A stretch of DNA of 46,603 bases from Acidimicrobiia bacterium (GTDB taxonomy: Bacteria; Actinomycetota; Acidimicrobiia; IMCC26256; PALSA-610). Below are positions 36,306-45,159 of the stretch, piece after piece. The notes under the pieces were generated by a model. It was not told the origin of the DNA. It was given only the letters and a program-made list of their open reading frames with translations, and did no database searches. The stretch covers positions 1 through 46,603 of the forward strand of contig JBBRPC010000003.1 of the NCBI GenBank assembly GCA_038228615.1. Direction: 5' to 3'. Made by a program: the position numbers and the translations under genes. Each line of letters begins with the position of its first letter. Within the stretch, counting starts at the first letter, position 1.

Positions 36306-37736
36306 GTGTCAGCCGCACCAGACGACCTCTTCACAACGACATTTTCGTGGTCGATGCGATGGTGGGATCACGCCGTACACATGGTGTGGAACCCCCCTGC
36401 AAGTCTCGACGTTCACCTCCCGGCGAAGTCGGTGCACCTCGTTCCCAACACTGCGTGGTTGGCCCACGCAATGCTCCACACTGGGGAAGCCCATTGGAAC
36501 GCAGAGGCACAGCTCGCGATCGGCGCTCTCATCGCCTTGCAATACGACGCTCCCGACGAGGTGTTCCACGGGACGTACGCGCAATTTCTCGAATCCCAGT
36601 ATCCCCCAGCGCAACCGGCAGTTTGGGTCGACTACGACCCAAACTGGCGACAGTTTGTCGGCACAACCTTCGCGCTGATCCTCGAAGATTTCGCCTCCCA
36701 ACTCGACTCCAGCCTTGTCGCGGCCATCGAGTCATCGATCGCACTCGCAGTCAGCGGCGAACCTGACGGTCGAATTCCAATCCGCTACACCAATCCTGCG
36801 TTGATGCGAGCATGGCTCGACGCGTGGTTCGGCGACCGTTCCCACAACGCGGCGCTCATCGAACGCGGCGTGCGCCTCGCGCATGATGTCGTCGCGGCGC
36901 ACGACCTCCACAATGCGTTCGACGAGTTCAATTCACCGACGTATTCAGGAATTGACCTGTATGCGATCGCGTTGTGGACCACATTTCCACCTACTGCATA
37001 CTTTGGCGACGCTGGTCGTCATTTGGCGCGATCGCTCTGGCAGCAATCCGACGAGTGGTTCCAACCCTCGTTGGGAAATTGGTGTGGACCGTATACGCGC
37101 TCGTACCACCCGAATGCGGCTCGCAGCGTCACGCTGCTGAGCCTGTGGCACTGGGCTCGCGACGGTCGCGCCGGAGCTTCGCTGCCCGATCTTGCGGCAG
37201 ACGAAATCGATCATTGCCATGATCTGATGGCTGGTCCGGTTATTGCGCGACTTGCGGAAGCGATACCCGAACGAACAGTGATCGTGGAGTCGCCCCGTGC
37301 GTTGCGCCAATCGCTTTCGAACAACCGCGAAATCCAAAGTTGGATTACCGACGATGTGATGATCGGCGCGGAACGCAGCACGATCGACTGGGGCGGGTGG
37401 GAACAGTTCATGCCGCTGGTCGTTCATTGGCGAGAGCCCGACGACGTCGGAACACTGTGGCTACACGCCCCAAATGACGCGGCCGTGTCGATCCAAGATT
37501 TCGACGTCGAGATCACGACCACGCAACCCGAGATCCGGATTCGCATCGCAGGTCCCGAACCCAAGATCACCGACGGTGGATTTCGTGTCGGTCGACTCTA
37601 CGTGGCGATCCACTCGCGACAACCTCTCGGCATTCGCGCGACCGCGTGTACGAATATCAACACGCACGAAATCGCAATCTCCGGCACCGCAGACAACTTC
37701 ACTCGGTGGGCACTCGACTACTCCGAGATCGCGTGA
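36306..37736 (+). CDS. Uncharacterised probable helical-toroid carbohydrate-active-like protein
   Basis: DYDPNWRQF, YTNPALM, FDEFNSPTY, GPYTRSY blocks; starts 7 nt after the sigma stop. Confidence 0.62.
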   Translation: MSAAPDDLFTTTFSWSMRWWDHAVHMVWNPPASLDVHLPAKSVHLVPNTAWLAHAMLHTGEAHWNAEAQLAIGALIALQYDAPDEVFHGTYAQFLESQYPPAQPAVWVDYDPNWRQFVGTTFALILEDFASQLDSSLVAAIESSIALAVSGEPDGRIPIRYTNPALMRAWLDAWFGDRSHNAALIERGVRLAHDVVAAHDLHNAFDEFNSPTYSGIDLYAIALWTTFPPTAYFGDAGRHLARSLWQQSDEWFQPSLGNWCGPYTRSYHPNAARSVTLLSLWHWARDGRAGASLPDLAADEIDHCHDLMAGPVIARLAEAIPERTVIVESPRALRQSLSNNREIQSWITDDVMIGAERSTIDWGGWEQFMPLVVHWREPDDVGTLWLHAPNDAAVSIQDFDVEITTTQPEIRIRIAGPEPKITDGGFRVGRLYVAIHSRQPLGIRATACTNINTHEIAISGTADNFTRWALDYSEIA

Positions 37737-37753
37737 TCGAACAGCGACAACGG

Positions 37754-40222
37754 TCACCTCAATACGACGTGGCTTCCACCCTCGGAGTAGATCCGAGACA
37801 CTGCACCGTTGCGATGTACATCGATGACGGCAATCGTTGCATCTGTGGTCACTGCGACCGGCATGCCAGTCAGTGATTGAGGCAATGCGATATTCGGCGA
37901 ATCGGCGCCGCGTACGAGCACCAAAATTTCGTGATCATTCGCTACGTCGCTGACCCGAAGCAACGCAACACCTGGCAATGCGATCGCCCATGCCGAGGGT
38001 GGGGCGCCTGTGGTCCGGGTCGGATAGATCACGGATGCGGCGCGCGCGTTTGTGGCGTGCAATTGCGTGGTCAGTACCGCGTTGGATCCCAGAGCACCAT
38101 GTGTTTGCTCGTAGACCCCGAGCCCAATGCTCATGGAGTGCGCACCATTTGGTTGATCGAACGCCATTGCAGTTGTAACCCGAGCGAGGGAACGCGCCCA
38201 CACCCCGCCGTCGGCAGTTGCGGCGAAGGTGCCGCCACTTGGCGAATAGTGCGTCGCAGGAATTGCGGGCGCCGGCTCAAACATCTTGTCGAAATATTGC
38301 AGCGCGGGAAGCGGAGCTGTCATGCCGTCGGCGCCGCCACCGTTGCCGTGTATCGGCCAGGAGTAGGTTCGCGGTTGAGCCGATTTCACGGAATCGGCAA
38401 TCACCAAATAGCGGTTGTCGATAAACACGAATCGCCGCTGCACCTGCGCGCTCTGCGGCCCAGCGAGCTCCTCATAGTCGTTCGCGGTCAGCGGGCTCGG
38501 CGCGATGTAGCCAGGATCGCGTCCGTACGCCGACGTGACAGTTGCCGCGGCAATCCCGCGTTGATTCACAACATGCGAAACGTACGCTTCGCCATCGACC
38601 GGCACCGGCGCATTCGGCTGCGAGGTGAACGCGTCGAGTTGTGGCGACGACACCGTCGAGGCCGTATTCGGGTTCCCTGGCGATTGGGGATCAGATGCCG
38701 GCCCGACCAACACAAGGTTGTGAGCGCTCGGATCGGACAGCGTGCCGTGCAGCGTCCAGGTGTAGTTCATATAGCCGGGATCAAGCAGGAGCCGTTCGCC
38801 ATACGCATCAAGCAGGAAGGATCCCGGATCAGCATGATCGTGCACGGCCACAAATGGCACACCGGGCTGACCAGGTGCACGCCCGAAGCCACGGGAGCCC
38901 CCGTGTTCAGCTTGCACGAACGCCACAACCGCGTCGCTCGACCAATTGCTGCGAAAGACAAGATCGCCACCAGCCCCATACAGGCGGTTCGGCGATCCCG
39001 AAGGCGGCATCGCGCGCACCTGATCGTCGAAAGTCACGATCTCGTCGGCGGCGAGATCGACGTTGCCGTTACTTTCATATGGGACAGACGCGCTTGATGT
39101 TGGGGTATTGGCCCACCGCCACGCGTAGGCGCTCGCATACGGAGAGCTCGAGGGCAACGCCCCAAAGAAATACGCATCGTCGACATTGCTGTCATCGATC
39201 GGCGCGAGCGTGCCATCTGGCCTCGTCATGTCGAGTTCCCAACGACCGATTTCGGTAAACCACCGCGAACGCCAAATGCTTTCGATCGAACCGTGGCCGA
39301 ACGGCTGCCAAGCCGCACCATTGCTCACAGCGTCGTACGCGCGTGCAAACGGCACAACATTTTCCGACGCATATCGCCAGTAGAACGGCCCCTCGCCATA
39401 GGTGCCATCACCCGAGCCAAGTGAGTCGCGCACGACCTGGCGCACCTTGGTCAGACCAAAGTCGAGCCACCGATCAAGCGCTGCAGGATCGCTTCCCGGC
39501 GCACCAGCCAATGCGATGGCAGCTGTGCCCAACGTTGCGGCACCCTTCGCCAAATGATTGTTGGTGAGAAAGTTCAAGAATGGCTGATAGTCGTTATAGA
39601 AGTCGTTTCCCCACGACATCAGGTTGCCAACGATTGTTGTTTCCACGCCACCGAAGTTGTAACCACTTCCAGCCAGCGTGTCGTACGTGGTAACCATCTG
39701 GATCATTTCGTTCGATGTATTGATATCGCGATCAGGCTGTATCCGGATACGACTCGTGATGCAAGTGTCGAGGAGGTAATCACGGGCGCGATCGCCAAGC
39801 GCCTGGCGGGTAGCTGGATCGGGCACGACGACCGACTGGGAACTCGAGTCCCAGGTTCGGTCGATCAGGTACAGGAACGCGAGGTCTTTCGCGGCGCGAG
39901 CCTTAGCCTCTTCTCTTGCAATGTTGGCAGTCAGACCACAGTCGGTTTGGTCTGCGGCCGACGGCGCTGGCGCGCCCGCAATCGTTGCATCCATTCGAGA
40001 CATCAGCAACGTGTACGGAACGCGACCGATCCGCGTTTGCACCAATGCAATGTCGGTCGATCGCAGCAGGATTCGGGGCCGCGCAACGCTGAGGTCGGTC
40101 GTGGAATGGATTACCGGCGCGGGATTTGCGCTACCGCCGATCGCGAGGGGGAACTGCGCAGAACACGCGGCGCTACCAGCAACAAGCGCGAACGCGAACG
40201 CCCAGCGGGTGGTTGTGATCAT
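37754..40222 (-). CDS. Exported heparinase II/III domain protein (polysaccharide lyase-like)
   Basis: N-terminal signal peptide (possible lipobox SAAC); NNH, GEGPFYW, HDHADPGSFLL...LLLDPG, AHNLVLV. Confidence 0.82.
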   Translation of the reverse strand: MITTTRWAFAFALVAGSAACSAQFPLAIGGSANPAPVIHSTTDLSVARPRILLRSTDIALVQTRIGRVPYTLLMSRMDATIAGAPAPSAADQTDCGLTANIAREEAKARAAKDLAFLYLIDRTWDSSSQSVVVPDPATRQALGDRARDYLLDTCITSRIRIQPDRDINTSNEMIQMVTTYDTLAGSGYNFGGVETTIVGNLMSWGNDFYNDYQPFLNFLTNNHLAKGAATLGTAAIALAGAPGSDPAALDRWLDFGLTKVRQVVRDSLGSGDGTYGEGPFYWRYASENVVPFARAYDAVSNGAAWQPFGHGSIESIWRSRWFTEIGRWELDMTRPDGTLAPIDDSNVDDAYFFGALPSSSPYASAYAWRWANTPTSSASVPYESNGNVDLAADEIVTFDDQVRAMPPSGSPNRLYGAGGDLVFRSNWSSDAVVAFVQAEHGGSRGFGRAPGQPGVPFVAVHDHADPGSFLLDAYGERLLLDPGYMNYTWTLHGTLSDPSAHNLVLVGPASDPQSPGNPNTASTVSSPQLDAFTSQPNAPVPVDGEAYVSHVVNQRGIAAATVTSAYGRDPGYIAPSPLTANDYEELAGPQSAQVQRRFVFIDNRYLVIADSVKSAQPRTYSWPIHGNGGGADGMTAPLPALQYFDKMFEPAPAIPATHYSPSGGTFAATADGGVWARSLARVTTAMAFDQPNGAHSMSIGLGVYEQTHGALGSNAVLTTQLHATNARAASVIYPTRTTGAPPSAWAIALPGVALLRVSDVANDHEILVLVRGADSPNIALPQSLTGMPVAVTTDATIAVIDVHRNGAVSRIYSEGGSHVVLR

Positions 40223-40252
40223 CCCAACACCGATCCGCGGTGGGTCGAAGAC

Positions 40253-40960
40253 TCAGGCCCGAACCAGCGACAACACGAGTGCGTAATGACAGCCCGCGGC
40301 GAGCACGGTCATCACATGCCACACTTCGTGGTACCCAAACGTGCGCGGGCGCAACACCGGCCACTCGCGCCCGAAGTTGATCGCTCCAACCGTGTACAAC
40401 ACACCGCCGGTTGCGAGAAGAATGAGTTGACCCGTACTGAGGGAATGCACAATGACCGGCAACGCGATCACCATCATCCAACCAAGCGCGACATACAGGT
40501 AGCCGCCGTGCTTATCGACGAACTCGAACTTGACGAGCGTGAGCGTTGCGCCGGCCACTGCCAACGTCCACACAAGTGACAGCATGGTGATGCCCCAACC
40601 TGGCCGCAACGCGAGCAACGTGATCGGTGTATACGAACCGGCGATCAACACGAAGATCATCGCATGGTCGAGCCGCTGCATCAGGTTACGTGCCCTCGAT
40701 GTCCAGCGACCTCGGTGATATGCAGCCGACGTTCCGAACAGAATCGACATCGACGCCGCATACAACGCGGCTGCGACATACGACGCCGCATGATTGGAGT
40801 GCGCGATGACAATCGCCCCCGCGGGAAGTGAAGCCCAAAACGTGCATTGATGCAGGCGACCGCGAAATCGCGGTTTGATTGGCTGGTCCAACTCTAACTT
40901 TGGCGGGCCGGTCACCGGGTCGGTGTCCAGGCTCAATTCGGCTTCTCCAGTAGCGCCCAT
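40253..40960 (-). CDS. Hemolysin III/PAQR family membrane protein
   Basis: SAAYH, RLDHAMIFVLIAGSYTP, FGYHEVWH...CHY. Confidence 0.93.
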   Translation of the reverse strand: MGATGEAELSLDTDPVTGPPKLELDQPIKPRFRGRLHQCTFWASLPAGAIVIAHSNHAASYVAAALYAASMSILFGTSAAYHRGRWTSRARNLMQRLDHAMIFVLIAGSYTPITLLALRPGWGITMLSLVWTLAVAGATLTLVKFEFVDKHGGYLYVALGWMMVIALPVIVHSLSTGQLILLATGGVLYTVGAINFGREWPVLRPRTFGYHEVWHVMTVLAAGCHYALVLSLVRA

Positions 40961-41048
40961 GCCGTAATCCTATCGGCCGGAAATGCACGAAACCAGGGCG
41001 CGAACCTGAGAAGGTTCGACTGTGACATCCGCCGTGGGGCGTTGCAGC

Positions 41049-44000
41049 TCAGGCGACGCTGCGCGAGATGACAGCGCGAAGTCCGGCGGCGTCGAGTTCC
41101 GCAAGCCGGCCCGCGACATCGCCGTCGACACCAAGCACCTTGGCCGCGTACGATCGCTTCGTTGCCAACAGCTCGGCGATCTTGCTTTCGATCGTGCCTG
41201 TCGTGACAAATTTGTCGACGGTCACGGTCTTGTTTTGCCCAATCCGGTGTGCCCGAGCGATGGCCTGATCCTCGACCGCTGGATTCCACCAACGGTCGAA
41301 CAACACCACACGCGTTGCAGCGGTCAGCGTAAGACCTACCCCGCCGGCCTTCAATGACACAACCATGACACGGGGTCCGGCCTCCGTACCGAAGCGTTCG
41401 ACCATGCTTTCGCGATCACCCGTACTGGTTGCGCCGCAGAGCAATTCTGCGACACCCTCGCCATGCAGATCGGTGAGATGTCGGACAATGAGCTCGGCGG
41501 TTCCCACAAACTGTGAAAACACGAGCGCCCGCTCACCATGCGCAAATGCCTCAGCAAGTACCGACTCCAAATGTGCAAACTTGCCTGATCGGCCGGCCAG
41601 CGGGCGCCCATCGCGCAGGTAGGCCTCCGGATGATTCACGATCTGTTTGAGTCGCACCAGCAGCGCCAGAATCATTCCACGTCGAGCGATACCAGATCGC
41701 CCGCCGAGATCGACGAGCGTCTGTTCGACAATCGTGTCGTACAAGGCCTGTTGTTCCACCGTCAGCTCAACTGCGGTGTCGGATTCCACGAGCGGAGGAA
41801 GCGACTTGCCAACATCCGTATCGATCTTGCGTCGGGCTAAGAGAAACGGTTCCAACAGCGCCACCAACGTTTCGGCGGCATCCTCATCATCTTCGAGCTG
41901 AATCGGCTTTGCGAACCGAGATCGGAACTGCTCGACGGTACCAAGCAACCCAGGCATCGACAGTGCTGCAAGCGACCAAAGATCAATGAGTCCATTTTCG
42001 ATCGGCGTACCGGTCACGCACACCTTTTGAGCTGCCGGAATCGCGCGCAGGGCCATCGCGCGCCGACTCCGAGGGTTCTTCGCAGCTTGAGCCTCGTCGG
42101 CCACGAGTCGACGCCACGGAATTACTTCCAATGCATCGCGGTCTCGCACCATCGTGTCGTAGTTCGTCACCACGAGATCCATTTGCGCGGCACGCGTCGC
42201 GAGATCCCTCGCGCCGAGTCGTTTCGTCCCGTGGTGTACATGCACCGTGAGCCCAGGCGCGTGACGTTCAGCCTCACGGGCCCACACGGCGACAACTGAT
42301 GTCGGAGCAACAACCAACGTCGGTCCGAGTTTGCCGTTGGTTTCTTGATCGTGCGCGATCAGTGACAGGATCGAAACGGTTTTGCCGAGCCCCATGTCGT
42401 CGGCGAGGATGCCACCGATCCCGCAACGATTAAGAAAGGCTAACCACGCAAGGGCATCGCGTTGATGGTCGTACAAGGTGCATTCCAGCGCCGCAGGTGT
42501 CTCGACCGGTTCGACCCGCTCATCAATGTGGGCCAAATGTTCGATCCATCCGGTAAGGCTCACGGTTTCGAGCGCAACATCACCGGTCTCGATCACGCCA
42601 GCAGCAAGTTGCAACGCCTGTGTTGCGGTCGTTGCACCGAGCAGCTTGCGCAACGCCGTGAGATCCGACGGAGTGGCAGTCACCCAACGTCCGTCGATCG
42701 CCACAACCTTCGCCTTCGCCGAGGCGATCGCTTCGAGGTCGTCGGCGCCCAGTTCGGTGCCGTCGGCGTGCACTCGCCAGGCAAAATCGCACACCGCGTT
42801 GAGCCCAAGCATCGAAGGACGATCCGACCCGATCGATACTGAAGCAGAAAACTTCACAGGCTTCGGGAGTCCGGCCGGAACCTGCACCCGAACACCCGAT
42901 GTCTCGAGTTCGGGAGCAGCATTGACCAACGCAAGGACCTGATCCAATTCCAACACCGCAGGACCCGCGAGGACGATCGCTGCATCCACACCGGCGGCAC
43001 GAGCGCAACGCCGGGAAGCGGCGCGCAACGCTTGGCTCCTAGGAGATAAATCAACGCGTTGTAGGTCGCCATCGGCCGACGAGGTACGCACGCCGTCGGG
43101 ATCGATCACCGCGACCTCGAGACTCCATCCGTGCTGCGGGATCACCGCACCTGCAGCCGGAACTTCGCTGTACGTTGCCGGCGCGCGCAGGATGGCAAGT
43201 GCAGAGAAGTCGCCAATTGATCGCACTCGCGTCGCGACAATTTGGTCGAATCCTCTGCTGGCAAACGTTTCGAATTGTGCGACTGTCTCCCCACCGGACG
43301 CTCCAGACAGGGTCCACAGCGTGAGAACGTTCGCCTGATGTGTTCGGCGATCAACGTTGGTCAAACGCTTCGGCCCGCGAAGGTCGATCTCCGCAAACCC
43401 GACCGCCGCAAGGCACACGGCATCATCAGCGAGGGCAACGCGGGGATCCACCAACATGCCGGCCAACACCGTGATGGCCTTCGCCGCAGCAAGCACGATC
43501 GTCGGCACAACGAATCGCCCACACAATTCACCGTCATCGACATCGACGACGGCTTCGACGGGGCGTCCCTCGGTGACACCCAAGTCGACAATCATGCCAG
43601 CAACCACTTGTACCGGCGCAGCGTAGGGATGCCGAGTGAGGTCGCCGAAGGGAGTACTCACCAATTCGGGCTCGGCGCGCAAGTCGTTGCGCGCCCACAA
43701 ATACAAGGCGCCATTCGCGAAATGCGCGTGCCAGCGCACGGGAATCGCCGTCGCCGGGGCCAAACCTGGCGTCGAAGGAGGCCGGCCGGCCTCGCTCACG
43801 ATCGCATAGGCGCCTTTCGGTTCGCTGAAAGGCGCGATCGTACGAACAAGTTGGGCAGCAGCGTGTTGTGGCGATTGCTTTTCTGCCGCGGCCTCGGCGC
43901 GTTCGATCGCCGCGAGTTCCAGCACTACAGCCACGCCGTGTTTGCAAAGTGCCACCGCGCCGCCAGCGAAATCGGCGCACGTACACGAACCCACAAATTC

Positions 44001-44201
44001 GCCATTACCGAGCACCGCAACATCAACAAGATACGGCTGCGAACCGTCGACGACTCCGCGTGCTCTGCTCGGTCGTCGATCCACTATGCGCACATTTCGC
44101 GCACGCCAGATGTCCCAGCCTCTGCTGTAACGCGCCTGTCCGGCAAGCGTCTCGAGACGCACCCGCGTCGCGCGCGGAGAAAAGACCGGATCGTCAGACA
44201 T
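41049..44201 (-). CDS. SNF2-family helicase with an N-terminal SWIM zinc finger
   Basis: CTC...CKH (SWIM); LADDMGLGKT, DEAQ, TGTPIEN, SLKAGGVGL, WWNPAVEDQA, RAHRIGQ. Confidence 0.92.
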   Translation of the reverse strand: MSDDPVFSPRATRVRLETLAGQARYSRGWDIWRARNVRIVDRRPSRARGVVDGSQPYLVDVAVLGNGEFVGSCTCADFAGGAVALCKHGVAVVLELAAIERAEAAAEKQSPQHAAAQLVRTIAPFSEPKGAYAIVSEAGRPPSTPGLAPATAIPVRWHAHFANGALYLWARNDLRAEPELVSTPFGDLTRHPYAAPVQVVAGMIVDLGVTEGRPVEAVVDVDDGELCGRFVVPTIVLAAAKAITVLAGMLVDPRVALADDAVCLAAVGFAEIDLRGPKRLTNVDRRTHQANVLTLWTLSGASGGETVAQFETFASRGFDQIVATRVRSIGDFSALAILRAPATYSEVPAAGAVIPQHGWSLEVAVIDPDGVRTSSADGDLQRVDLSPRSQALRAASRRCARAAGVDAAIVLAGPAVLELDQVLALVNAAPELETSGVRVQVPAGLPKPVKFSASVSIGSDRPSMLGLNAVCDFAWRVHADGTELGADDLEAIASAKAKVVAIDGRWVTATPSDLTALRKLLGATTATQALQLAAGVIETGDVALETVSLTGWIEHLAHIDERVEPVETPAALECTLYDHQRDALAWLAFLNRCGIGGILADDMGLGKTVSILSLIAHDQETNGKLGPTLVVAPTSVVAVWAREAERHAPGLTVHVHHGTKRLGARDLATRAAQMDLVVTNYDTMVRDRDALEVIPWRRLVADEAQAAKNPRSRRAMALRAIPAAQKVCVTGTPIENGLIDLWSLAALSMPGLLGTVEQFRSRFAKPIQLEDDEDAAETLVALLEPFLLARRKIDTDVGKSLPPLVESDTAVELTVEQQALYDTIVEQTLVDLGGRSGIARRGMILALLVRLKQIVNHPEAYLRDGRPLAGRSGKFAHLESVLAEAFAHGERALVFSQFVGTAELIVRHLTDLHGEGVAELLCGATSTGDRESMVERFGTEAGPRVMVVSLKAGGVGLTLTAATRVVLFDRWWNPAVEDQAIARAHRIGQNKTVTVDKFVTTGTIESKIAELLATKRSYAAKVLGVDGDVAGRLAELDAAGLRAVISRSVA

Positions 44202-44296
44202 CGAACCGACCACTGTATGCGGACGGCCCCCTCACTCACTCAATAGAGCGTGAGATAATCAATCATCACACGCGCTGCATGAGTGGCGTCGTTGTG

Positions 44297-45076
44297 TTAA
44301 CGCCACTTCCACTCAGCATCGCGCTTTTCCAAAAACGCCGCTTTGGCCTCTGCAGCATCATCAAATGTCAACAGCCGCGCTGTGTAATCCTGTTCGGTGC
44401 GGTACGCATCCTTCAAGGGAAGAAATTCAGCACGATTCATCGACTCTTTGGCCAACCGCAACGCGATTGGGCTTTTCGCACTCAGGGTTTGCGCCAGGCG
44501 GATCGCAGTGGTCATCACTGCATCGCCAGGAACAACGTGGCGGATCGCCCCGAGGCTTTGCAGTTCGGTAGCCGATATGAGCTCCCCCGTGAAGAACAAC
44601 TCACGAGCGATATGACGCCCGACGAGCAGCGATAAATGCGAACTCGCACCGAGCATCCCGACGTTGATCTCGGTGAGGCCAAACGATGCATGGTCGGCAA
44701 CGACGAGCATGTCGCACATCGCCGCGATCGCGAGCCCTGCGCCGATGGCCGGCCCGTTAATGGCGCCGATCACAGGCACCGCGCAGTCGCCGATCGCCCA
44801 CATCGCGTCCCTCGCAATCACACCACGATCCAGCACTCGTCGCGACGGCCAGTTCGCCGGGTCCGGATCGTCGATTGACTTGAGATCTGCACCACCCACA
44901 AAGGCGCGCGTTCCAGCTGCGGTCAGGATCACAACCCGAACGTCGCGGCGCTCGCTGAAGCTGGCGAACACGTCGATCATCTCCAAATAGGTCTGCGTAT
45001 CGACGGCGTTGACAGGAGGACGGTCGATCGTGACAACCGCGATGTGGTCGGCGACTGCCACCGACAGAGAACCCAT
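44297..45076 (-). CDS. Enoyl-CoA hydratase/isomerase
   Basis: DRPPVNA, FVGGADL, INGPAIGAG, FGLTEINVG; TACATT -10 6 nt before ATG 45076. Confidence 0.9.
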   Translation of the reverse strand: MGSLSVAVADHIAVVTIDRPPVNAVDTQTYLEMIDVFASFSERRDVRVVILTAAGTRAFVGGADLKSIDDPDPANWPSRRVLDRGVIARDAMWAIGDCAVPVIGAINGPAIGAGLAIAAMCDMLVVADHASFGLTEINVGMLGASSHLSLLVGRHIARELFFTGELISATELQSLGAIRHVVPGDAVMTTAIRLAQTLSAKSPIALRLAKESMNRAEFLPLKDAYRTEQDYTARLLTFDDAAEAKAAFLEKRDAEWKWR

Positions 45077-45159
45077 GCGGCGAATGTACTGCGCCACTCG
45101 TAGTCGCGCGATGGATGCGACCTGGCACCCGGTTCGCACGGCTGCGTAGTGTGACGAGC

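Noticed and set aside
40253-40960. Hemolysin as a virulence factor
   Set aside because: HlyIII/PAQR proteins are widespread housekeeping membrane proteins.
41049-44290. SNF2 helicase as part of an anti-phage system, or preceded by an SOS/PafBC box
   Set aside because: No methylase, nuclease or other defence genes adjacent; the upstream region lacks GAAC-N4-GTTC and TGTCGG-N10-TA matches.
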